Source: Vitrella brassicaformis CCMP3155 (taxonomy: Eukaryota; Protista; Chromerida). Taken from it: 64,000 bases of DNA. Below, one piece after another: positions 12,501 to 23,733 of this stretch. Below the pieces are notes generated by a model. That model made no database searches. It was not told where the DNA came from and saw nothing but the letters and a program-made list of their open reading frames with translations. A program made the translations under genes and the position numbers. Numbering within the stretch: the stretch's first letter is position 1; each line of letters starts with the position of its first letter. Location: NCBI GenBank assembly GCA_001179505.1, contig CDMY01000158.1, forward strand, positions 1 through 64,000, in the 5' to 3' direction.

Positions 12501-14115
12501 GCACCACAACACCTGCGCACACCACACACGTGTGTGTGTCGGTGTCTGTCTTTGTGTGTGCATGCCTGTGGATGGGCTGTGCGTGCGTGCTTACCTCTGA
12601 GGCCCCTGGCGGTCTCGTGTGTGTGTGTCTGCAGGAAGGTGAGCATCATGGTGCGGCCGAAGAAGGACGTGATGCGGTGGCCCTGCAGCCGCTCGCACGT
12701 CATGAAACGACTGTACCTGACCGACGGACGACACGCACGACACACATGAAGGACAGACACGTGTGTTGTGTACAGTACACTCTCCAAGGGAAATGCGCAC
12801 GTGCGTACATACTCGGCGTATCTTTCGCGATACCGCTCGAGCTCCGCCTCATCCTACACAGACACACACACACACACACACATTGAGGCACACACACTCT
12901 ATCTGTGTCCACCACACACACGAATGTCTGTCTGTGGTTACTTACCTTCTGTGCGCCTCCTTTGCTGGCGTATGCCTCGGGGTCTGTGAGGGGCAGGGTG
13001 TCGACGAAGCGCTTCATGGCCTGCAGCAGCGACCCGTAGTCGGCCGACTGGTGCAAAACGCACTCGTCGCGCTTCCGCTTCTGAACACACACACACGCAC
13101 ACACGAGGTAGTGCAAATCATGCATCGGCAAGGTGGTCGCATCCATCGCATCCATGGCAGCGATTGACCTACCCACCAGTGGGTTGGGCATCGTCCTCTC
13201 CAACACCGAACGCAGAAGCTGACATGACATGACATGACACACACACATACATGCATAGGATACACACATGCATTGCAAACGGGCCATCCATCCATTCGTC
13301 CACTGCACACTGCATCCCTCCCATCCGTCGATTCGATCAACCGCACCTACCTCTTCAATAGTGCATCCATTGTCTAGTTCAGCGTCCCTCGTGGCCTTCC
13401 ACCGCACATCATCCCCCTCCCCTCTGCCGCCCTCACCCTTACCCCTACCCTCAGCCACACCCACACCCATGCTCTCATCTCTATCGCCAGCAGCAGCCGG
13501 TGCTGCAGCCGCCGCCGTCACTGCTGGTGGTAGTGGTGGTGGAGGTGGTGGTGGTGGTGCGGCAGATGCTGCTGCTGGTGCTGGTGTGCCATCGAGCACC
13601 CTGAGCTCTTGGGGCAGGGGGGGCGGCGGCATCAGCGCACGGTCGAAACTACTGCTAGATGAGGACGCCCCCTGACAGAGGCACGAAACACACACAACAC
13701 ATTCATCGCATCATGACAGTGCAGACGTGAGCAAGCGGTGGAGGTGGTTGCCTGTGCCCATAAACAGGCTCACCCGGTGCCCCGGTGTCGGCTCAGGCGG
13801 CGTTGGCTCAGGTACTGGTTGGCCATTGACCTGGTCGGCAGGCGGGCCAGCAGGAGGCTGGGAAGGCTTCTCCCGTTTTCTCTCCCCCCCTCCCACATCC
13901 CTCGGCACCGCTGTCGCCCCGCGGCCACCCTAGAAGAGCAGCAACCATCACAGAGACCTCATGAACAACATGGTGGGCGGTTACACACGAACACGCCACG
14001 GTTCTTCGATACCAATGGGTTCAGCACACGACCATGAGCCCATGCAGCGTACCTGTGCGGGTGGTAGGTCCTGCAGAGGCCCTCCGAAGCCGTTCCATAT
14101 CGGTGTGGACATCAT
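9513..14115 (-). CDS. GCN5: GCN5-type histone acetyltransferase (GNAT HAT domain + C-terminal bromodomain), multi-exon
   Basis: HAT exons: [79 protein letters not shown]. Bromodomain exons: HPKSWPF, AEAPDYYQVI, KLMFDNCRLYNSAETVYCKCADEL. Start codon approximate. Confidence 0.93.
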
Positions 14116-14367
14116 TTCGACAGAAAACACGATTTCGTTGATCTACATGACTGCAGCGGCTTCATACTAGTCCACACAGACACCGAAATGAGGGATTTGA
14201 CACCCGATGCCATTGCGAGCTTGCAAGGCACGTTGCGATCAGGTGGATTCCTCAAGTGCCAGGGCCATTGTGGCGGCGTCGCAGTCATCGGCAGATCTGC
14301 AGGGAGACCGATAGATAGATCTCCGGCCGCATCTTTTATCGGCGTGTTCCTTGCGTGGCCAGCGCAA

Positions 14368-17300
14368 TGCAGGTGGGCCTGAAGGGGACGGGCAGAGAGG
14401 GCCGGACGCAAAGGCCTGTGTGTGGTCGTGCTGTCTGTCTGTCAGTTGGTGCACTTCCACTCGCCCAAGTCGAATTGGCAGCGATGGATGCCCGTCATCG
14501 GCGGATTCCTCGTGCACATGACACTCGGTAGGGAGGCAGGGAGGGATAAGCTGATGGATGGATATGGATGCACTGCGGTGGCCACACATAGCCTGCCTGT
14601 GTGTGTGCGTGTGGTGTTTGCCATTGACTGACTGACAGGCACGATGCACTGCTTCGGCAACCTGACCATCTACATGACGTCCTACCTCAGGGAGGAGGGC
14701 GGGGAGGACCTCAGATATAAGGCACGAACGGCACCTACACAACGAACACCGACACACACACGCAGACACCCACCCAACCAACCACGCACGGCATGGCATG
14801 CAGACCTGAATGTGCGTGTCTGTGTGTGTGTGTGTGGCCGGCGATGCGCACATACAGGATACGATATGGATCTACGCGGCGTCGATAGTGTCCCAGGGGC
14901 TGTTCGGCACCATCGGCGGACAGATGGAGGGATGGATGGGACCCAGACTGTACGCCACGCCACGCCATCTGCACACCACCACCACCAGACAGACAGACAG
15001 ACCAAGGAATGAATGTATGTTTGCGTTATGTTGTTGTGTTGTGTGTTGGCAGGGCGACTCTGGTTGGCGGCTGGCTGATGTCAGCTGGCGTGGCGCTGTC
15101 CTACTACACGGCACACTCATTCATCGGGCTGATGTGAGGACACGTACAGGCACACACCACCCATGGCATGACGCACACGTGCATCGGCGCACCACAAACA
15201 AACAAGTGCGTGTGGGTGTGACTGCTCGGCTCGGCTCGGCTCGGCCGTTGATTGATCAGTTTGACGTACGGTGTGTTGTGCGGCATCGGCTGTGGTCTGT
15301 GCTACCCCGTTCCTCTCGCATGTGCCCTCAAATGGCAACCTGACAGGAAGGGACTGGTGAGCTCAGCTGAACGGACTGACGGATGGACGGACGGATGGAC
15401 AAATGTTGTGTGTGTCCACATCCATGGCTCTCTCGTTACTATGTATGGTTGCTGTGCTGTGCTGCAGGTGAGCGGCATTATATTCGTGGGCCGCGGCATG
15501 GCCGTCTTTCTGTTCCAGCCACTCCAGGTAGGTATGGTCGATAAATGAGGGCAGAGGAATGCATGAGGAGATGCATGCCATGCTCGTATCGTTCGTCCGT
15601 AGGTATGTGTGTGTGCACACCGGCCGCATCCATCATGATGCGTGTGATTGATTGATGTGTGCACTGCAGATGTGGTGGGTTAACCCATGGGATGAGACGC
15701 CTGACTTTGCGCCCGATGAGAGCAAACGTACGCACCGCACGCACACACACACGGGGGGCAGGACTGATAGGATAACAAACATGCACCGCACCACACCGCA
15801 CCCGGCCGGGTAGTATTTGCATTTGTCCATATCTGTCGTGTGTCCATCAATTCCGTGCATTGATTGCATTGCATTCGTCCATCACTGCCTGCCTGCAGCA
15901 ACGGAGCGTTACTACACAGCCCCCGATGTGCTGGACCGAGTGCCCACACTCTTCCTCGCACTCGGGGGCACATTCGCTGCCATACAAGTGAGGCAGTCAG
16001 TCAGTCAGTCAGTGAGGGCGGATGAAGGAAGGCACAGAAAGCACATGGACGGAGATGGATGGATGGATGACGACTGCAGTTGTTGGGCGCGTTGATGCTG
16101 TCGAATCCGCCCGATGAGGACCGCGACGAACCGCGGAAATTCCTCAGCGAACAGACATCAGTGAGTCGGTCGGTCGGGATGCAGGCAGGCAGCTCGCGAA
16201 TTTCGTGGGAGTGGAGTCCTGTGTGTGGTGGGTTGCCTCGTTCAGGGTATAGGTTTGTCGATGGATTTGCAGCTGAGCACTGGTCAGCTGCTGTGCTCGT
16301 TCGCCTTTTGGCTGCTGTGGCTCATGATGTTCTTCAACTGGCAGGCAGTCGCCTTCTCACAAGTAGGCAGCTCAGGGAAGGGGACGGGAGCCATTCCACG
16401 CCGTGGCAGAGCAGAATACACACATCACATGTCTGTCTGTCATCTATCTCTGTGTTCGTTCGTTCCTTTGCCTGTGTGTGACTCCCATTAGGTGTTTTGG
16501 AAGGTGTTGGGTTTCCAGGACGTCGACAACGTCATGGACAGCAGATTGACCATACTTGGTCGGGGCGGAACACACACATACCATACACACATGGACACAC
16601 ACATACACATATACACACATCTCTGTCGAGGTCTGTGCGGTGTCGGGTCGGCAGGCAGCGTTGCGTGGTTCCTCAACACGGTGGGCCGCGTGTTCTGGGG
16701 CACTCTCGGCGACAGATGCGGCTTCAAATGCGCCATGGTACGTGCGCATGACATGAGAGCTCTACACGAGACATGCATGACTTGGTCGAAGTCGGTGTGT
16801 GTGGCCCGTCCAAATGCAATGCACGCAATGGAATGCCTGCCTCTCTCTAGAGCTTGATGTGTTTGTTGATGAGCGTCTTCATCGGCACCATCACACTCGC
16901 CGCTGAGCTGGGCGGATTCTGGGCATATGCCGTCTGGTACGGTACACACATATACCACTCACACACACAAACTGCTGTGAAGACTCTCTCTGTCTGTCTG
17001 TCTGTCTGTCTGTTGGCACCCTCAGGATGTGTGTGATCTTCATGGCCCATGGGGGTGCGTTCGCCATCTTCCCAGCCGTCACTGCCGACACGTTCGGCAA
17101 AAAGGCAGGCCGAGCCGAGCACAAAACCACCACACGCACACTCGAGGGAGGGAGGACACGTAAGTGTCAGTCACGTGTGTGTCCGCATCACATCCATCAG
17201 AACTTCGGTCCCGCGTTCGGGCTGCTCTTCACCGCTCGGGCGGTGGCGTCAATCGTGCACGCGCTCGGCGCTCAGGTAGGTGCGTCCGCCGCAGCGCGCG

Positions 17301-17599
17301 GTCTTTCCTCCTCCTGTCGATGTATGTCCATCGTGCTGTCTGTCTGTGTGGTATGCGCAGTATTTGATCGACACGTCTGGCGTCCACGGCATGGCCGAGG
17401 TGGTGGCCGCATGCACATTCGTCAGGTATACACGTAGATGGAGGGAGGGAGGGAGGGAGGGAGGGAGGATGGACGGCGTCTTGTGTTGATTCATGTGTGG
17501 CTGTGTTTGGTAAACGTGTGTGTGTGTGTGTGTGTGTGCAGTCTGCTGCTGGCACTGGTGTTCAAGCCGAGCTACTACCGCAGACCGGCCGCGTTCTGA
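14368..17599 (+). CDS. Major facilitator superfamily transporter, oxalate:formate antiporter/MCT-like, multi-exon
   Basis: Hydrophobic exons RWMPVIGGFLVHMTLG, CFGNLTIYMTSYLR, YPVPLACALKWQPDRKGLVSGII..G, FLNTVGRVFWGTLGDRCG, HGGAFAIFPAVTADTFG..NFGPAFGLLF; ends LLLALVFKPSYYRRPAAF*. Start approximate. Confidence 0.85.
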
Positions 17600-18795
17600 A
17601 CACTGACTTGATGGATGGATTGATGTGCACATGTATGTATGTATGTATGCATGTGTGAGTGTGTCGAGCGTCTGCTTAGGCTTTTATGTGTGTGTCTGTG
17701 TGTGCAGTGAGTGCAGTGAGCGCAACAGAGTCAGCCAGCGGTTTATGTGTGTGTCTGCCTGAGGGGCTGTGGGTGGGTGGATGTGAATATAGCGGTAGGT
17801 ATCGACCAACCAGCCGATCTAAAAAGGAAGGGGATTGATTAGTTCCGTCTCTGTTATGTTGATATGTATGTATGTGTGTATGTATGTGCCTTCCTTTCTG
17901 CTCTCTCCCTTTCTCTCTCCCCCTCTCTCTCTCTGTTTCCTTTGGCGCGTGCCTGTGTGTACAGATCTCATATTTTGCATTCGTTCAGCTAGTCATCATC
18001 ATGGCCGGTGTGTCGACACTCTTGATTAGTTCACCTTGGCACCAAAACAGACATTGCAATCAAGGTCCCAGTGTGTCGCAGCTCACACTCACACACCACA
18101 CCCACGTATGTATGTATGAGTCGAAAAACGAACAGCTGCGCTGCAGCAGCAGTAGCGGGCGGCATGGCATGGCATGGCCTGCACACGGGCACACACAGGC
18201 AGGGAGGAAGGGAGGGAGGGAGGAGTCGCACAGAGAGACCTCCAAGCCAACCAACCACACAGTTATCGCACACACAAATCATCGACCATCTGACACACAA
18301 GACACACAAAAGCTTGGAGGGAAGTCCCCACAATATATTAGGACAATAGTCGGCCGCCACACCACACGACACCTCTCACACGCAATTTTCACATCCATGC
18401 AGAAATTGGCGGGTGTAATTGACACATCTGTATAAACATCAAACCCACCCTCCCCCCACTCACGCTCAATGGAATGTGTGTGTCTAGTCACACACACACA
18501 CACTCACACAGACACGTACGCAAACACCGCCCACAGCACATCCCGGACCGCTTTGGGTCGGATGCATTGAATGCACAGCTGGCCACCCGCCCATATCAAC
18601 AAACACCAAAGAGCCACACACACACAGACAGACAGACAGACACAAAACATCTCGGACGGACGGCTCAGTCAGTGCTTCCGTCCGCACCACATCACACCAC
18701 ACCACACCACATCACCAGCATAGCAAATTATGAGAGATGATATAAACCACCCCATCCATGTATCCATCCATCCATCCGTGCGTCAATCTCACACA

Positions 18796-21700
18796 TCACA
18801 GCTCTCCCCTCTGTATGTCTCCTCTCCTCGACCCCTCCTCTCCCTCTCCTCCTTCGACCTTGACCTCCGTCCACATGACCACGAGCCCGTCCCCTTTCAG
18901 CAGCCGCACCCCCTCCAGCCCCCTCCCCGCCCACTCCACACCCTTACCCCTCCCCTCCCTCCGTTGGACCACCCCCCCAGCCGCAGCGTCAGCGTCATCA
19001 CCACTCGATATGCTCACCATCTCATAGGTCTTGCTCTCATCCAAGAATTCCACAGGGATGTGTGGGACCACCACCGTCTCTTCCCGCCCGTTGATGGCAG
19101 CGAGGAACCACCTCTCGGTTGTGTCGTTGTTGGTCTTGCGAGCCATGACGGCGAGTTGGCCGATTCTGCTGGGGGGGAGGGTATGGGTGGTGTGCCACGT
19201 GGTGGGGATGGCCTTGATGACGTCCAGGGCGGGGGCGTGCGGCTTGCTCTTGTCCAGGAGGTAGTGAGGGTCCTCTGCGATGGTCTGCAGCGGTGAGTCA
19301 AACAAGACTAGCAACGCCATCTGGTGCACCTGCACCCACCCGTCCACACACACACACACACACGTGGATAGATAGAATGGTTCTGTCCACTTGTGTGGCT
19401 GCATTCCATTCGGCAATTAAGGCTGGCTGACCAGGGTGGTGTTGCCCCTCCTCTCGGCATTGAGTGCCATGGGTGTGTAGTCGGCGCCGCCCAGGACGAA
19501 TCGCGTGAAAGGCAGGATGGCGTTGTGTCGTGCTGTGATGGGTTTGAGGTGCTGCTGGTCCAGGATGAAGTCCGCCCCGTGGATCAGACGCATGATCTCC
19601 ATGCCCCACACCGCCTCACGTGTCAACTGAAACAAAGGGATAATGGAATCGCAGTGTGTGTGCAGGGCAGGGCGGTCATGCCCTCTGTTTGTGAGCTGCG
19701 CCTACTTGGTTGGGGTATCTCCGCGACTCTCCGCTGGGCTTGTGGCAGCCATGCAGGTTGACGACCAGCTCCAGCTCGGCAGACATCTCCATCAGGGCCG
19801 TCTCGAAACGAACCAAATCTGTCAGTCCCACAAAGCACACACAACACAAACAAAGAGGAGACATCTATCGTCCGTCCAAGAGAGACAGCCCAGCTGAGCC
19901 ATCCGTGTGTCTGTCTGTCTCTCTTCTGTGCAGCGCACCCTCCGTCTCTCCGTGCACAAAGTCCACTTTGACACCGCTGGCGCCCGTGGCCTTGAGGCGG
20001 TTCAGAAACCGGCGCAGGCTCTTGAATTCGCCTGTAGGGCCCGGGTCAACTATGGTGTCGTTGTCATTCGTGTCCTGAATCGAATCAACACACAAGGAAG
20101 GAATGGCGCTCGATTGAGTCGGGCTTCGTGCCCCCATGAACGAACGGCACTGCACTGCACTACAGCGACGTACGGACGGACCTTCCAAGCGATGACCTTG
20201 ACGCCCCTCTCCCTGGCGTAGTCGCTGAGGTCGGCCAGCATCGAGTACGCAGTGCGCATTTCGGGAAGCGCCTCTGGCCACAGCCCGTTGGGGTCACGCC
20301 GCCGGATCGGGGGAATTAGAAAACCGTCCCTGTGCACGGTCAGATCGATGGTCAGTCCAACGGGCACACACAGATGGAGGGATGGATGCGGCCTGTATGA
20401 AAGGCAGTTAGTGAGGTGTGTGTGTGTGCGTACGTGGTGTCGTTGTTGCCCCACTGCTGCCAGCAGCAGTCGACGGTGGTGTACTCGAAGCCCAGCTCGG
20501 CCGCCGCCTCGATGTAGCGCTTCTCGCCCTCCACTGTTGTCTCGTCCCACCCCCTGTCCTCCGTCCACTCGGCATTATACCAAGCCCACACCGACCGACC
20601 CGGCAGCACCCACGACGGCAGCTCGCCCCCTACCGCCTGCTTTGCATCATTCTGCTGTGGCCCCATGACGGCCATCTGGTCGCCCCACCCAGAGGATGAT
20701 CCTGATGTCTGGAAGAGCTCAGGATCGGGGGCGGGGTTGAGGTGAGAGACCATCTCGTTGTTGACGAGCTCGTCAAGGTTGGCGGCGAGCATGACGACGC
20801 GCCATGGCGTGTGGGTGAGTCCGTCGTCCTCGCTTTTGGGCGAGGCGGCGAAGATGGCCTCGCTAAAGTTGGCACGGAAGATGCGGCCGGGGAAGGCCTC
20901 GATGCGCATGCCGGAAAAGTCGTAGAGTGCCGCCTCGGTCACCATGACGTACTGGATGCCCTTGCCGCTCCAGCCGTCGCTACTGGGGTCCATCTCAAAC
21001 AGCAGCGGAGGACCGTAGACGTGACCAAAGTCCTTGTTGCGGGTGGCCAGGTGGTCGACGGGAGAATGGAACCACTCACCCGCATAGCTCCACAGCTCGT
21101 AGACGCTGAGGCCATCTGTCCTCTCAAAGTGCCACACATGGCTGCCATCTGCACACACACACGCACACGCACACACACGCACACCAACACCAGGCCACCT
21201 CAACAATGCCGCCCCGCCCCGCGCCACACACACACTCTCTCTCACGCACACCCACCTGGCATGACGAATTCCGTGTCCTCGTCGCTGATCTGGTCCTTGT
21301 CAGTGCCATCCCATGAGTATCTGAAGGCCGCCCCGTCGTTGAACAGCCGCACATTGAGGTACCAGGTGATGTTGCCCTCCATCTGCCGCACCGGGAAGGT
21401 GTAGTCCATGGCGTGGCTGGTCACCAACCGATGCTTCCCCAGCGTCACATAAGTCTCCTCCATCTCCTCGGGCGGCAGCTCGTGCATCTCCACACCACGA
21501 CCCAGGTTCATGCCGTTGACCGTCACGCCCAGCGCAGAGCTCTCAACGATCTCGCCGCCAGTCGCCCGGTCCGTCACCTTGTACATGAGCTGGTTCCGCC
21601 CCGGGCTCGGGCTCTCGACATCGTCACCATTCTCCGACACAAAGACGGTGAACACATAGGGCGGCGATGCGGCGGTGCCAGTATCAGCATCATTATCATC

Positions 21701-21847
21701 ATCGGCTGCTGGCGTGCTGCGTGGCGGTGGCGGGGTGATGTCCTTGGATGTGACAGGGGCGCCGATGGGGAGCAGGGCCGCCAGTGGGACAGATGCGGCC
21801 TGCTGCCATAATGTGGCCACACAAATCAGCAGGACTGCCCAGTCCAT
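18796..21847 (-). CDS. Glycoside hydrolase family 97 protein with N-terminal signal peptide, multi-exon
   Basis: MDWAVLLICVATLWQQAAS signal; GH97-N (ESSALGV, TPWRVVMLA); PGRSVWAW, KRYIEAAAELGFEY..VDCCW, GVKVDF, VNLHGCHKPSGESRRYPN..TREAVWGME, ILPFTRFVLGGADYTP, HQMALLVLFDSPLQTIAEDP. Confidence 0.88.
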
Positions 21848-22151
21848 CGTGGAGAGGGCGCGGTGGTACCTCGGGAGAGAACCCAGCAGCGGTTTTAGAT
21901 CCGCCGATTGCGAGCTTCAAGTGTGGGGAGCCAAGGAGAGGGATCTCACTCACCTCAGCCCCCTGCCACGCATCATCCCTTCTTCGACTCCTTGGTGCAG
22001 CGGGCCGCATCATCCCATCGCTAGGTGCAGCAGGTGTGCATCCACACACACACACGCACGCACAAACACGCAGATCCATCCCCGCACCGCACCGCCCCTG
22101 GTCTGGTTGCTCATGCAGGTGTGGTTGTCCCATCTTGTGGGCATCTTGGCG

Positions 22152-23698
22152 ATGGACAATCTGATCCCCGTGATCAACCGCCTGCAGGACGTCTTGACGT
22201 CCGTCGGCATCAACACGGGTACGGACACACACACGCAGCACGCAGGCCGCTCATGCACACACAGGCAGACAGACAGAGCGGCACAGCGATAGCTATAGCC
22301 AACGGCGGATCGCAGACAGACAGACAGACAGACAGGCAGAGGTAGATCTGCTGTGCCTGCCTGAGTTTGGCTGCATCTGCTCTGTCTGTCTGTGTGTCTG
22401 CAGGCATCGATCTGCCGCAAATCGCAGTGGTGGGAGCGCAGTCGGTGGGCAAGTCCTCGGTGCTCGAGTCGCTCGTCGGGCGGGACTTCCTCCCTCGCGG
22501 CACCGGCATCATCACGCGGCGCCCTCTCATCCTGCAGCTCAGGAATATCACGCAAAACAAACCCTCTGCAGCCGCCGCTGCTGCCTCGGGTGGTGCCTCG
22601 GGTGGTGCATCTGCATCATCCCCCAGCACCACTAGCGGCAACCCCACCACCACCACCAACAGCCCGCCCCAGGAGTGGGGGGAGTTCGGCCACGCGCCCG
22701 GGCACCGGTTTGAGGACTTCGACGCCATCCGGAAGGAGATCGAGCGGGAGACGGAGCGGGTGACGGGGCGGAACAAGATGATATCTGCGCAGCCGATAAC
22801 GCTCAAGATCTACAGCCCTTACGTGATTGACCTGACGCTGGTGGACCTGCCTGGGATGACCAAGGTGCCCGTAGGGGACCAGCCGAGCGACATTGAGCTG
22901 CAGGTGAGGCGGCTGGTGCTCCAGTACATCACCAAGCCCTCCTGTATCGTCCTCGCCATCACCGCTGGTACGTACGTATGGTATGGTGGCTGCCTGCGTG
23001 TGGATGACCTGAGTGAGCCACGTACGTACGAGTTGGTGTGTGGTGTGTGTGATCTATCAGCCAACACGGATTTGGCCAACAGCGATGCTCTGAAGATTGC
23101 TCGAGAGGTCGACCCAGACGGCGCGCGGACCATCGGTCGGTCAGCCAGCAGCCAGCCCCCCACACGGACACAGACACAGACCCACACCCATATGAGATGT
23201 GATGTGCGCGTGTGTGTAACACTGCACTCACCGCCCCCAGGTGTGTTGACCAAGTGCGACCTGATGGATGACGGCACCGACGCTTTGGACATGCTGCACG
23301 GCAAGATCTACCCACTCAGGAGGGGGTACGTGGCGGTGGTGTGTCGGAGCCAGAAGGACATTGCCGGCAAGAAGAACATCCGGGACGCACTCAGGGAGGA
23401 GGAGAAGTTCTTCCGCAGCCACGCGGCCTACAGGCACATTGCACACAAGTGCGGCACGCACTACCTCGCAAACATGCTGAACCAGGTCAGTGAGTTAGGT
23501 GGGTGGGTGGGCACACTCACTATCTCACATGACATGAGCGACGTGTGGCTGGATGGATGGATGGATGGGCCATCGATTGGTTGGATGGTGGCCATGCAGA
23601 TCTTTATGCACCACATTCGGGACACCCTGCCTGAGCTGAAGGCAAGGATACAAACTCTCCTGCACGAAAACGAAGAGGAGCTCGCCGGTATGTCAGAC

Positions 23699-23733
<35 letters not shown>

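Noticed and set aside
17964-18066. Hydrophobic exon-like block ISYFAFVQLVIIMAGVSTLL as an extra MFS exon
   Set aside because: The MFS frame already closes at 17599 with consistent splice phase. Retained only as a possible alternative exon.
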